From Mobula hypostoma (Eukaryota), in contig NC_086108.1 in assembly GCF_963921235.1 (NCBI RefSeq), forward strand, positions 99,016,001-99,080,000: 64,000 bases of DNA, read 5' to 3'. Shown in pieces: positions 23,140 to 36,439 of this stretch. The first letter of the stretch is position 1, and the number at the start of each line of letters is the position of its first letter. The notes beneath the pieces were generated by a model. The model had not been told where the DNA came from. It did no database searches and saw only the letters and a list, made by a program, of their open reading frames with translations. Both the position numbers and the translations under genes were made by a program.

Positions 23140-23875
23140 GATCTTCTGGTCAAGATGGCGCCTGTGCACAATGCTCCTTCAGTCAACATCTCCTGGATAG
23201 ATCATGAAATCATATATTTCACTTCTTTTATGTCTTTTTAAGTTTGTTTTTTCATCTTGGATGTGATTCTGGAACTGGAACTACTGGATTTGGTGTTTGG
23301 AGATCATCTGGGCGTTCCAGAGCTCTGCAGTCTTCGAGAGGATTCCAGGAGGCAGAGCCAGCATGTGGGAAACTCATGGTGAGAAGCCTGCTGAACAGGG
23401 CGTAAGCCATTGTTCGCGAAGAGGGAGATCGAAGCATCGAGGCGAGTGCAGGGAGTGAGCGCCGGCTGCCTGTGTATTGATGGCTCTGCTACGGAGAGGG
23501 AAAGGTCTGCCGCTGGGCCCGGAGAGTGTTCCCCAGGCTTTTTCTGCATTTTGGATGTGGACTTGGACTATAGACTTCTTTGCAGTCTTGTAGTTTTTTT
23601 ATGTTTGCTGTTTTTCACCCAATCCTTCGTGTTTTTTTTTGGGGGAGGAAGGAGTTGGGGTCGATGTACCTGCTCTGTTTTTGATTTTTTTTTGTGCGGG
23701 AGGAAGGATTTGGGGGTTGATGTGCCTGTTCCATTTTTGTTAATTTTTTGTGTGGGGTGGGAGGGGTTTGGGGGTTGATAATCGTGTTGCCTTTCTTTTC
23801 TTTCTTGGTTTCATGGCTACCCGGTGAAGAAGTATTTCAAGTTGTATACTTTGACAATAACTGAACCTTTGAACT
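23140..23875 (+). mobile_element. Short non-coding retroposon-like element
   Basis: Starts CAAGATGGCG, CpG-rich middle, T/G-rich 3' region, ends TTGACAATAACTGAACCTTTGAAC. Confidence 0.5.
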
Positions 23876-24099
23876 TTTATGTTCCTAGTGACACTTTATG
23901 AACATACAAGCAATCTACATATAAGCTATCTTATGTATTTAATTTTATAGTGTTTTTTTTATTATTCTGTTTCTTCTTGTGCTGCATCAGATCTAGAGCA
24001 ACAATTATTTTGTCCTCCTTTACACCTGTGTACTAGAAATGACATCAAACCATCCTGATTGATCTTGAGTAACCTTGAGTTGGTAGTTCTGGATCACTG

Positions 24100-24950
24100 G
24101 TCTTGATTGCTACAGAATTAGCCCTTACAGTCTGCAAATCTCCTGGTTCATCCATGGCTTTTGGTTTGGGTATGTCTGGTATGTTCTTGAAGACACAGAC
24201 TCCTCTAGGCAGGTGCTGAAGAAGTCAGTGACAACTGTGGCATATTCATTCAGATTCAAAGATTAATCTCTGAAGATTGTTCAGTTCACCAATCCAAATC
24301 AGTCCGTAAGCATTCTTATGCCTCCCTTAACCATACGCTGGTGTTGTGGTCCTCAGTCCTTGCCTGTATGGCAGAAATAGAGAAATAGCCAGGTGGTTGG
24401 ACTATCCAAAGTGCAGGTGGTAAATGTTCTTGATGGCGGTAAAACAGTGATCAAGTATATTGGTTCCTCTGTTTCCACTGGTGATATGTTGATGGTAGTT
24501 AGTCAGTGATTTCTTCAAGCTGGCTTGGTTGAAATTCCTCACAGTGACCAGGAAGGCATCAGGGTGCGCTATTTCACGACTGTGATCATAGTGTTCAGCT
24601 CCTCCAATGCCTGCCTGATGTTGGCCAGGGGGTGGAATGTACACAGTTACCAGCGTGACAGCAGAAATCTCCCTTGGCAGATAAAATGAATGACACTTGA
24701 CCACTAGATTTTCCAGGCCAGTTCAGCAGGAGTGCACCATGATGAGTTAATTATGAAGCATAGACCACATGCTCTATCTTTAAAAGATTCACTGCCCTGT
24801 CTTTTCGGTGGATGGCACTGCATTCAAAATGGCGGGGATAGCCATGTTTCCGTGAAGCAAGGTACACAGCAGTCCTTGATGTCCCTCAGGTACTGCTATC
24901 TTGCTCAATTTTATCTTTCAGAGACTGTACATTTGCCAGCAGGATTGTAG
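24100..24950 (-). mobile_element. Rex1/Babar endonuclease region, decayed
   Basis: VKCHSFYLPREISAVTLVTVYIPP, HPDAFLVTVRNFNQA, RGTNILDHCFT. Confidence 0.8.
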
Positions 24951-25795
24951 GGAGTGGAATTAACATAAAAACATGGAAACATAGATGTCTACAACACATT
25001 ACAGGTCCTTCAGCCCACAACGTTGTGTCAACCATTTAATCTGCTCTAGAAACTGCCTAGAATTTCCCTACTGCATAGCCTTCTATTTTTCTAAGCTCCA
25101 TGTACCTGTCTAAGAGTCTCTTAAAAGACCCTATTGTATCTGCCTCTATCACCTTCTCTAGTTGTGCATTCCATGCACCCACCACTCTCTGTGTGAAAAA
25201 CTTACCTCTGACACCCCCCTTGTACCTACTTCCAAGCACGTTAAAACTGGGCCCCCTTGTGTTAGCCATCTCAGCCCTGGGAAAAAGCCTCTGGTTATCC
25301 ACATGATCAATGCCTCTCAATATCTTATACACCTCTATCAGATCACCTCTCATCCTCCGTCGCTCCAAGGAGAAAAGGCAAAGTTCACACAACCTATTCT
25401 CATAAGGTATGCTCTCCAATCCAAGCAACATCCTTGTAAATCTCCTCTGCACTCTCTCTATGGTATCCACATCTTTCCTGTAGTGAGGTGACAAGAACTG
25501 AACACAGTACTCCAAGTGGGATCTAACTAGGGTCTTGTATAACTGTAACATTACCTCACAGCTCCTGAACTCAATTCCACAATTGATGAAGGCCAACACA
25601 CCATACGCCTTCTAAACAACACTATCAACCTGTGCAGCAGCTTTGAGTGTCCAATGGACATGGATCCCAAGATCTCACCGATCCTCCACATTGCCAAGAG
25701 TCTTACCATTAATATTATATTCTGTCTTCAAAATTGACCTGCTGAAATGAACCACTTCACACTTACCTGGGTTGAACTCCAGCTGCCACTTCTCA

Positions 25796-25930
25796 GTCCT
25801 GACGAAGGGTCTCGGCCTGAAACGTCGACTGCACCTCTTCCTACAGATGCTGCTTGGCCTGCTGCGTTCACCAGCAACTTTGATGTGTGTTGCTTGAATT
25901 TCCAGCATCTGCAGAATTCCTGTTGTTTGC
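25796..25930 (+). mobile_element. Penelope-like short insertion (copy 5) in CR1 ORF2
   Basis: Flanking TGCCACTTCTCAG (25784-25796 / 25928-25940); starts at hammerhead helix I. Confidence 0.85.
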
Positions 25931-27680
25931 CACTTCTCAGCCCAGTTCTGCAGCCTATCAATGTCATGCTATAACCTCTGACAATCTTCCAGACTATCCA
26001 TAACATTCCCAACTTTTATATCATCATCAATCTTACTAACCCACTATTCTACTTCCTTATCCAGCTCATTTATAAAAATCACAAAGAGGACTCTCCCAGA
26101 ACAGATGCCTGCGGAACACCACTGGTCACAGTCCTCCATGCAGAATATGAGCCATTTACAACCACCCTTTGCCTCCTATGGGCAAGCTAATTCTGGATCC
26201 ACAAGGCAAGGTCTCCTTAGATCCCATGCCTCATTACTTTCTAAATGAGCTTTGCATGGGGAAACTTATCAAATGCCTTACAAAAATCCATAGACACCAC
26301 ATCCACTGCTCTACTTTCATCAATGTGTTTTGTTACATCCTCAAAGAATTCAATTAGGTTCGTAAGGCACAACCTGCTCTTGACAAAGTTATGCTGACTA
26401 TTCCAAATCTGATTATGTCTCCCCAAACGTTCATAAATGCTACCCTTCAAGATCTTCAACAACTTGCCCACCACTGAAGTAAGACTCACTGGTCTACAAT
26501 TTCCTGGGTTATCTTTACTCCCTTTTTTGAACAGGGGAGCAAGGTTTGCAAACTCCCAATCCTCTGGTACTTCCCCCATTCCTATTGAGGATGCAAAGAT
26601 CATCGCAAGAGCTTCAGTAATCTCCTCCCTCGCTTCCCAGAGTAGCTTGGGGTATATCTCATCCAGTCTGGGTGACTTATCTAACTTAACACTTTTCAAA
26701 ATCTCCAGCATATCCTCTTTCTTAATGTCTATACACTCAAGTGTTTCAGTCCACTGTAAGTCATCCCCACAATTGCCAAGGCCCTTTTCACTGGTGAATA
26801 CTGAAGCAAAATATTCATTAAGTACCTCACTACCCCCTCTGGCTCTATGCACATACTTCCACTCTCGCTCCTGATTGGTCCTATTCTCACAAAGTTCATC
26901 CTCTAGCTCTCCACATACTTGTAGAATGCCTTGGAATTTTCCTTAATCCTGCTCTCCAAGGCCTTCTCATGGCCCCTTCTAACCTCCTAATTTCATTCTT
27001 GAGTTCCTTCCTGGCACCCTTGTAAGTTTCTAGAGCTCTACCAGCACCTAGCTTCTTGAACCTTTTGTAAGCTTTTCTTTACTTCTTAACTAGATTTTCT
27101 ACATCCTTTGTACACCATATTTCTTTTACCGTACCATCCTTCCCTGCCTCAATGGAACACACCCATACAGAACACCATGCAAATGTTCCCTGAACATTTG
27201 CCATATTTCTGCCTTGCATTTCCCTGAGAACATCTGCTCCCAATTTATGTTCCCAAGTTCCTGCCTAATAGAATCATATTTCCCCCTACCCCAGTTAAAT
27301 GCTTTCCCAAATTGTCTGCTCCTATCCTCTCCAGCGCTATGGAAAAGGAGATGGAGTTGTGATCACTGCCTCCAAAATTCTCTCCTACTGAGAGATCTGA
27401 CACCTCACCAGGTTCATTTCCCAATACCTGATCAAGTACAGCCTCTCCTCTAGTTGGCTTATCTACATATTACGTCAGAAAATCTTCCTGAATACACCTA
27501 ACAAACTTCACCCCATCTAAACCTCTTGCTCTAAGGAGATGCCAGTCAATATTAGGAAAGTTAAAATCACCCATCACAACAACCCTATTATTACCACACC
27601 GTTCCAGAATCTGCCTCCCTATCTGCTCCTCGATGACTCTGTTACTCTTGGGGTTTCTATAAAAAACACCCAGTTGAGTC

Positions 27681-27830
27681 AACTCTTCCTTCAGTTAGTC
27701 CTGACGAAGGGTCTCGGCCTGAAACGTCGACTGTACCTCTTCCTAGAGATGCTGCCTGGCCTGCTGCGTTCACCAGCAACTTTGATGTGTGTTGCTTGAA
27801 TTTCCAGCATCTGCAGATTTCCTGTTGTTG
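27681..27830 (+). mobile_element. Penelope-like short insertion (copy 6) in CR1 ORF2
   Basis: TSD ACCCAGTTGAGT / ACTCAGTTGAGT (27668-27679 / 27831-27842); hammerhead 27697-27732. Confidence 0.85.
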
Positions 27831-29429
27831 ACTCAGTTGAGTTATTGCCCCCTTGTTGTTTCTGTCTTCCACCTACAATGACTCAGTAGACAATCCCTCC
27901 ATGACTTCCTCCTTTTCTGTAGACTACCAATGCCATGCCCCCACATCTTTAGCCTCCCTCCCTGTCCTTTTTAAAACATCTAAAGCCCAGCACACTCAGC
28001 AGCCATTCCTGCCCCTGAGATATCCAAGTCTCTGTAATGGCCACAATGTCACAGTTTCACGTATTGATCGATATTCTAAATTCATCTGCCTTGCTGATGA
28101 TACTCCTTGTATTAAAATAGACAAATCTCAAACCATTTGGCTGAGTGCTTCTTTGCTCTATCATCTGCCTATCCTTTCTCATAAACTCCCTACAAGCTGT
28201 CAGTACTTGTGTGCCAACTGCCCCTTCCGCTGCCTCTTCACTTCAGTTCCCACCCCCTGCAAATCTAGTTAAACCCTCCCCAACAGCATTAGCAAACCTC
28301 CCTCCCAGGATATTGGTTCCCCTCCAGTTCAGGTGCAACCCGTCCCACTTGTACAGGTCACCCCCTCCCCAGAAAAGGTTCCATTGATCCAAGAACTTGA
28401 AGCCCTGCCCCCTGCCCCCTGCACCATCTCCTCAGCCACTCACTCATCTGCGCTATCTTCCTGTTCTGACCTTCACTAGCTTGTGGCTCTGGGAGTAATC
28501 TGGAGATGACCACTTTGGAGGTCCTGCTCCTCAGCCTCCTTCCCAACTCCCTAAACTTACTGCGTAGTACCTCTACCCCTCTCCTGCCTACGTCATTGGT
28601 ACCAACGTGTTCCACGACCTCTGGCTGCTCACCCTCCTCTTCAAGAATATTCTGCAACCGCTCAGAGACACCCTGGACCCTAGCACCCGGGAGGCAATAC
28701 ACTATCTTGGCATCTATTCTGCTGCCACAGAATCTCCTATTTGTTCCCCTAACTATCGAGTCCCCTATGACTATTGCTCTGCCTGACTTCATCCTACCCT
28801 CTGAGGCTCAAAGCCAACCACAGTGCTATTGGTCTGGCTGCTGCTGCCTTGCCCAGATAGGTCTTTCCCATCAGCAGTATCCAAAGGGGTATTCCTGTTG
28901 CAGAGGGGAATGGCCACAGGAAGACCCTGCACTGACATCCTTCTCCCTTTATCTCTCTTGGTGTTCACCCATCTTCAAAGGACTCTGCGTTTCAATCTTA
29001 CTTGCAGCCCAGTACACTTCCTGCATTTCCTTTTTCTTACAGGGGAACTGCCTGCACGATCTGAGTCTGCATTCCGGGGCCCACAAATATTGAGGATCAA
29101 TAGTTGTTTTTAAGTGTCTTTAAAAGATGTTGCTTGCTGAAGTACCCTTGGCTGTGACTGGATTTCAGCTGCAGCCATCCTAAATGGGATTATTTGGTGA
29201 TTCCCTTTAGAGCTGCATGCAAATATTGTCACTTCCCGACGCTGTCTTGGACCAGTCGAAGGAAAACCAACCAGAAATTATTTACAAACTTTTCACTTGA
29301 CTGTTTGGCGAACTATTTTCTATTGACAGTTTTGAAGGTGATGTTCTCACAAAAGCACGCTCTGGAATTCTCTGTACCTGGTAGGTTGTGGAGGCTGGAT
29401 CATTGGGGATATTTAAAAATTAAAAGACT

Positions 29430-29960
29430 AAGTGTAAGCTTTACTTGTCACATGCACATTGAAAAAGTTCAGTGAAATGAGTCATTTGCTTCCACAACCA
29501 ACACAGTCCAAGGATGTGCTGGGGGCAGCCCACAAGTGTTGCCATGCTTCTGGTGCCAATGCAGTGTGCCCACAACTGCCTCGAACCCTAACTTGTATGT
29601 CTTTGGAATATGGAAGGAAACCAGAATTCCAGAACAATCCGTTGCCATCGCAGGAGAGTGTAAAATCTCCTTATAGACAGGGGTGGGAATGACCCATTAC
29701 AAACATTTAGAACGTCAGCCATTTGACACCATGAGAACGCCAAAATCGTTACAACTCCACCGTGAGGTTAGACATCAGCTGGAAGACACCGACAGTGGCA
29801 CAATGAGAGAAGGCAGAAGTGCAGCATATAGCCGGTATACCTACCAAACTAAGGGGTTCACCTTTTAAAGTCCCCCACTCCTGAGTGTCTTCTTAACAAA
29901 TGCACAGTCGAATCGAACCCTGGCGCTGTAAAGCATTATATCAACTGCTAGGCTGCCACG
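29430..29960 (-). mobile_element. V-SINE-like SINE interrupted by a Rex1 5' fragment (about 29696-29909, +)
   Basis: SINE motifs TCTTTGGAATATGGAAGGAAACCAGA and CTGGCGCTGTAAAGC; insert ends PPLLSVFLTNAQS, the start of the Rex1 endonuclease. Confidence 0.55.
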
Positions 29961-30644
29961 CCAGCCTAATGAGGAGCTAGAAAAAAGTTTAAATATCAGG
30001 AAGTTCTGGGGTATGAGGAATTGGAGCAGAAGAGGAGTTGTGTCCACGGACAAGCCAGTCATGATCATGTTGAAGGTGATCATGATCAAAGTACTGAGTA
30101 CAGAAGATGGAATGTCATGTGGAAGTTGTATAAGACATTGGTGAGGCCTAATTTGGAGTATTGTGTGCAGTTTGAGGGGCTGAATAGTCTACCGCTGTTC
30201 CCATTTTCTCATGCTTATATGTTCATGCACTGAATGTCACTTGTGATGTCCTTATACCAGGGGTGAAACTCATCTGGCATGGGCCAGTGCAGTTGTAACT
30301 AAGAAAGTGGCTGACACAATCAGTACAAATGAGTTAAATCAGCAGTGTTAGAGATGTGGCCGTACTGGTAGGAAATTTATGTTACTTTCACCCCGTCATA
30401 CTGTTAGCCCACAGCCCAGTGCTGTTTCAACTGAACCACGTGTGCACCAGATATCTCTGGTTTGGTAACAGCCTGAAACGCTGACTGCACACGTCCCTCC
30501 ATAGATGTCGCCCGCCTGACCTGCCAAGTTGCCCCAGCATTTTGTGTGTGTTGCTCAAGATTTCCAGCACCTGCAGCATCTCTTGTTTCTCTGGCTGGGT
30601 GACACACTAGAGAAAGACCATCCCAGGGTTGCTGAAGACATCTA

Positions 30645-31410
30645 GAGTCATAGAGTAAAACAAAAGTACAGCACAGAAACAGGCCCTTCAGCTCATCTAG
30701 TCCATGCTGATCCATTTAAACTGCCTATCCTCATCGATCTGCACCGGGACCATAGCCCTCCATACCCCTGCCATCTTTCTACCTATCCGAAGTTCTCTTT
30801 AACGTTGAAATTGATATTGCATGCTCCATTTGTGTTGGCAGCTTCTTCCACACTCTCACAATCCTCCGAGTGAAGAAATTTCCCCTCATGTTCCCCTTAA
30901 ACTTTTCACCTTTCGCCCTTAACCACTAGTTGTAGTCTCATCCACCCAAACTCAGTAGAAAAAGCCTGCTTGCATTTGCCCTATCTATACCTCTCATAAT
31001 TTTGTATACCTCTGTGAAATCTCCTCTGAGTCTTCTACATTCCAAGGAATAACGTCCTAACCTGTACAATCTTTCCTTACTACTCAGGTCCTCCAGACCC
31101 GGCAACATTTTAAATGTTCTCTGTACTCTTTCAATGTTATTTACGTCCTTCCTGTATGTAGGTGACCAAAGCTGCACACAAATTAGGCTTCACTAATGTC
31201 TTATACAACTTCAACATAACATCCCATCTTCTGTACTCAGTACTTTGATTCGTGAAGGCCAATGTGCCGAAAGCTTTCTTTACAACCCTATCTACCTGTG
31301 ATGCCATTTTCAACGAATTATGGACCTGTATTCCCAGATCGCTTTGTTCCTCAGTGTAAGACCTACCCCGGTTGGTCCTACTGAAGTGCAAAACCTTGCA
31401 CTTGTCTGCT
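30645..31410 (-). mobile_element. CR1 3' fragment
   Basis: DKCKVLHF, MASQVDRVVKKAFG, RRLRGDFTEVYKIMRG; CTCTATGACTCTA tail. Confidence 0.85.
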
Positions 31411-31587
31411 AATGCTACATCTGTCAATGTAGCAGTATTGACAATACGTAGGTGGCAGATATAGTAAAAAAGACTTTTATGATTAAATATAACTAAAAAT
31501 GGGAAAATAAAAGGAAGCGGCTTCACCCTTTAAGGGGACACTTACTGTCATTTAATTTTGGGAACTAGTTCATTGTCTAACAAACCC

Positions 31588-32125
31588 ACTCAGAGGCCAC
31601 CTTATTTGTTATGTCCTGTACATAATAAAATGGCCACTGAGTGTATGTTTGTGGTCTTTTGCTGGTGTAGCCCATCCAATTCAAGGTTCAACATGTATTG
31701 CATTCAGAGATGCTCTTCAGCACACCACTATTATAACCCATAGTTATTTGAGTTACTGTTGTCTTTTTGTCAGCTTGAACCAGTCTGGCCATTCTCCTCT
31801 GACTTCTCCCATTAACAAGGCATTTTCAACCACAAAATTGCCACTACTGGATATTTTTGTTTTTGTTTCTTGCACCATTCACTGTAAACTCTAGAGACAG
31901 TGGTGTGTGAAAATCCTAGGAGATCAGCAGTCTCCGAAGATACTCAAACTACCCCATCCGCCACCACCAATCATTCCACGGTCAAAGTCACTTTGATCGC
32001 ACTTCTTCCTCATTCTGATGTTTAGTCTCAACAACAACTGAGCCTTTTGACCATGTCTGCATGCTTTTATGATTGAGTTGCTGCCAAATGATTGGCTGAT
32101 TATTGAGTGGGTGTACTTAATGTAC
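31588..32125 (-). mobile_element. Non-autonomous Tc1-like element
   Basis: CACTCAGAGGCCAC/GTGGCCACTGAGTGTA end motifs; N-terminal HTH remnant DFDRGMI...ETADLLGFSHTTVSRVY.EW. Confidence 0.75.
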
Positions 32126-33894
32126 CTGTTGTACATTTTATCCTTTACACTTAATTGAAACTTAAACAAGGTGCCACATTGTGCAATGTATTCTGAATAC
32201 CTGCATTACATCATGAAGTAACAGTTAAATTTTTATTCTTTTACCGTTGAAGCTGGAGATTTTCAATGGCTTCTGTGGGAAGGTTTCACTTAATGACTCT
32301 TCACTGACTGCCTGTAGAGGGAGTGAGGACTCTTTCCTTCCAGCATTACTGTACAAGTACAATCATAGACAAATTCATGACAATGTGTGACCCACTTACA
32401 CAAAATTTCATGCACTCCATTGTCGGTTTCCTCTCGACAGGGCTTCAACTGAAATATCAGCATATATTCATTTTGAGTTTTATTTTTGATGCCATTCTGC
32501 TGAAAATATAAGACCAGCATCAATCAGGCAAATACGTCCACTCAAGTTTTCATTTAATTGTGCAGAATAATGGATTACAGAGCTGGCGACACACAGCAAA
32601 ATCCAAGGCATCATCATCCCCTTAATTTCTTGATTGCCTTCTGACTAGTGCAGGAGCAGTTAATCAGTGAAGAAAAGAACTATAGATCATACTTCAATCA
32701 TATTGCAAAGCAAATAGAGAAGGCTCCTGTTAATTCATAAAACAAGTACAGTGGATGAGCGGTAGCTTAGGTTTCGAACAGAATTGAATCCAGAAATCAG
32801 TGGAAGGCATTGAATACTCTGTGACAACTTCCACTTAGGGGAACAAGACAGGATTGTGACCTTCAAGATTAAGAAAGATTTTGATGCCAAAAGTCAGCAA
32901 AGGAAATTTCCTACAGTCACTTTACAATTGTTAAGAGCGCAAGGAGAGTTTTTCTGAACGAGGTGCAGCAGATTATTGGAACAATAATTGCCTTGCCTGA
33001 GGCAGTTTACTACAGTTTGAGGAAAAACTAGGGAAATATCTGACAGGCAAGTCTGGAAGGTAGAAAACTAACAGGTTTAGTTTCCAGCCGGAAATTGCTG
33101 GAATTATGTTGATATAGCTTCAAAATTAGTCAATGGATGAGACAGAAATTCAATACTTCACCGGATATTTTCGATGATAAGCCAAATTATTGCACAAAAG
33201 CTTTAATAGTTTGTCAATTACACCTTAGGTTGGGCACACATATCTGTCATTGGCGTAGCATACAGCTGTTTAGTCAGAATTAACCCTGGTTAATCTATCG
33301 TACTATTAATTAGTCAGATATACCCATTGTTGGTCAGGTATAGTTGTTCAAGTATACACTTGAATGAGATGTACCCCTTGGTATATCTGAGCCACACGAA
33401 TCAATAAGATTGACAAAGTGCAGACAAAATTTACAAGAATGTTGCTGGGACTTGAGGACCTGAGTTAAGTTCAAAGTACATTTATTATTAAGTTATGTAC
33501 ACATTGTACAACTTTGAGATTTGTCTCCTAAGAGGCAGTCACGAAACAAAGAAACCTAAACGAATCCATTAAAAAAAGACCATTAAAACACCCAATGTGC
33601 AGAAGGAAAAAAAAACTAATCATGCAAACAATAACTGCAAGCAAATAGCGCTCTGAGCAGAAGTTCACAAAGGGAGTCTGAGACCCATAGTTCAGTGCAG
33701 AGCCCAGTAAACGTTGCAGAGCAGTGAGCTGAACTGGCCCATCTCTCGCTTCGGGTCCCGACACCCTGGTCCTCTGCCTAAACAGATGTCCAAACATCGG
33801 ATTCAGTCGCCTTGATATGCTCTGGGGCCTGGATCCCGCTGTCTCAATTTGGCCTTATTCCTGATCTTTCCGATTCAGTTTAATTCAATTGAAC

Positions 33895-34340
33895 TTTACA
33901 AGGAAAGTTATAAGGGAGGCTATAAGGCTATGAGTAGGTTCGGACTTTATTCCCTGGAGCGTAGGAGAATGAGGGGAGATTTGATAAAGGTATACAAAAT
34001 TATGAGGGGTATAGATAGGGTAAATGCAAGCAGGCTTTTTCCACTGAGGTTGGGTGAGACTAGAACTAGAGGTCATGGGTTAAGAGTGAAAGGTGAAATG
34101 TTTAAGGGGAACATGAAGGGAAACTTCTCCACTCAGAGGGTGGTGAGAGTGTGGAATGAGGAGCCAGTGGAGGTGGTGAATGTGGGTTCAATTTCAACAT
34201 TTAAGAGAAGTTTGAATAAGTACATAAATGGGAGGGTATGAAGGGCTGTGGTCCAGGGACTAGACAGAGTAACAGTTCAGTACAGACTAGATGAGCCAAA
34301 GGACCTGTTTCTGTGATGTAGCACTTTGTGACCCTATGAC
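33895..34340 (+). mobile_element. CR1 3' fragment
   Basis: GLYSLERRRMRGDLIKVYKIMRG..TRGHGLRV..QRVVRVWN. Confidence 0.88.
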
Positions 34341-34399
34341 ATTAATATGGATTTGGTCCAGGCCAAGGTACAGAGAAAACAGTAAATCTATTTCAGTGA

Positions 34400-36280
34400 C
34401 CATGAACTATGGAGGACAAAATTCAGCCACTGTTGCCATGACTGATCTTTACTCAGACCAAGACTGCAGTACCAGAGGGATATCAGGGACTGCTGTGGAT
34501 TCTTCTTCACAGAGACATGGCTCATTCGCAGCACTTCGGTCAAAGTCCTCGAGTCTGAAGGCTTCACCATTCACCGCATCATGTAAAGGTAGAAACAGTG
34601 GCATTTGCTTTATGATTAACTCATAGTGGTGCACAGATGTGGCAGTCTGCCTCCTTTCTGTTCCCCTGACCTGGAACATTCAGGAAATCAAGTGTCAACT
34701 ATTCTGTCTGCCAAGGGAGTTTTCCATTGTCATCCTGATTGCAGTGTACATTACACCCCCAGCAAAAGCTGGGCTGGCACTGGAGATGCTCAGCACCGTG
34801 TTCAACAGTTGCAAGGCAATGCGCCCTCATGCTTTCCTGATCATTAAACCTTTGCATGGTGCCAAACCCTGATGGTGTACTTGGCAGGGTCTGGAAAACC
34901 TGTTCTGGCCAACCGCTGGTGTGTTCAAGGATATCCTCAACCGCTCACTAAGCTTTCAGCCTGTTAGAAAGGGCAACGTGATACTGGCACCCAAGAAGAG
35001 CAGGATGAGCTGCCTCAATAACAATTGACCAGTGATACTTACTTATACTGTGGTGAAGTGCTTCAGGAAGTTGGTTATGGCGAGGATTAACTCTGCTTGA
35101 GCTGCATAATTTGCTTGGTGGAACAAGAGGTTTACATTGGTTGCAATCGCACTGTCTCTCCACTCAGCCTTGGAACACCGAGACAACAGAAAGATACATC
35201 TGACTGCTGTTTATCACTTACAGCCTAGCATTCAGTGCCATCGTCATCTCAGTCTTAATCAGCAAACTTCTAAATCTGGGACCTCTTGTATCTTCCTCTG
35301 CAACTGGATCCTTGTCAGGAGACCACAGTCAGAGTGGGTTGGTGGTAACATCTCTGCTCCTCTGACTATCAAAACAGGGGCACCCCAAGCGTGCATGATA
35401 AGCCTATTGCTCTATTTTCTCCGAACTCATGACTGTGTAGCAATGCATAGGTCAAATACCATCAGTAAATTCCCCAATAACATTATTGTTCTTGGTAGAA
35501 TCTCAGATGACGGTGAAGAAGTGTATAGGAGCAAGATAGATAGGCTGGTCGAATGGTGTCATAACAACAGCCTCACATTCAACATAAGTAAGACCAAGGA
35601 ATTGATTGTGGCCACCAGGAAGGGTAGGACGAGGGAACACAGTCCTTATTGAGGGATCAGCAGTGGAAAGGATGAACAGCTTCAGGTTCTTGTGTGTCAA
35701 CATCTCCGAAGACCTATCCTGGGCCCAACACAATAGTGCAACCATTGAGAAGGTACGCCTAAGACTATATCTCATAAGGAATTTGAGGAGATTTGGTATG
35801 TTACCAAAGATTCTCGCAAATTTCTATAGATGTACAGTGGAGAGCAATTTGACTAATTACATCACAGCACGGTATGGAGGCTCCAATTCACAGATTGCAA
35901 GATGACTCAGGCAGTTCCAACATGGGCACAGCCCACCCCACCACAGAGAACATCTTCAAGAGGTGATGGTTTAAGGAGGCGGCATCCATCATTAAGGAGT
36001 CTCACTATCCAGGACATGCCTTCTTCTCCTTACTACCATGAGCGAGTAGGTACAGAAACCCATAGACCCACAGTCAATGATTCAACAGCTTCTTCCCCTC
36101 TGTCATTAGATTACTGACTGGTCCATGAACTCATAAACACTAGCTCATTATTCCTTTTCTTGCATTATTTACTGACTTTGTAATTGATATTAATTTTATG
36201 TCTTTGCGCTGTATACTACAGCAATACAACAAATTTCATCTCATATAAGACAGTGATGATAAGCCTGATACTGATTCTCA
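34400..36280 (+). mobile_element. Internally deleted, decayed Rex1/Babar LINE
   Basis: GICFMINS, LPREFSIVILIAVYITP, ALSLHSALEH, TIKTGAPQ, EWCHNNSLTFNISKTKEL, ANFYRCTVES; CCTGATACTGATTCT tail. Confidence 0.85.
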
Positions 36281-36439
36281 GACATCAGGTTAATCAGTTG
36301 GAGGAGCAAGAAGTGTATATGCATGGGAACACATAGTGAATGGAGGAATATGGATCACGAAGAGGCAGGAGAGATATAGTTTAATTCGGCATCATGCTAG
36401 CACAGACACCGTGGACTGAAGGACTTGTTCCTGTCTACA

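Larger units (their letters stand above)
24962..28970 (-). mobile_element. Near-full-length CR1 LINE (ORF1 esterase + ORF2 APE-RT), disabled
   Basis: ORF1 SGNH motif AIVIGDSIVRG..CLPGARV..HVGTND (28358-28792); EN VVVMGDFNFPNIDW; RT PVSLTSVVGK, DFCKAFDK, LEYCVQF; (TTCTATGT)-like tail at ~24962-24985; frameshifts and two Penelope-like insertions. Confidence 0.92.

Noticed and set aside
29015..29113. Splice acceptor TTCCTTTTTCTTACAG as the start of a coding exon
   Set aside because: All three frames stop within ~70 nt with no convincing donor; the acceptor-like site at ~7463 fails in a similar way.
33230..33400. Faint GTCAGATATACCC-like periodicity
   Set aside because: Too degenerate to define a repeat unit by eye.
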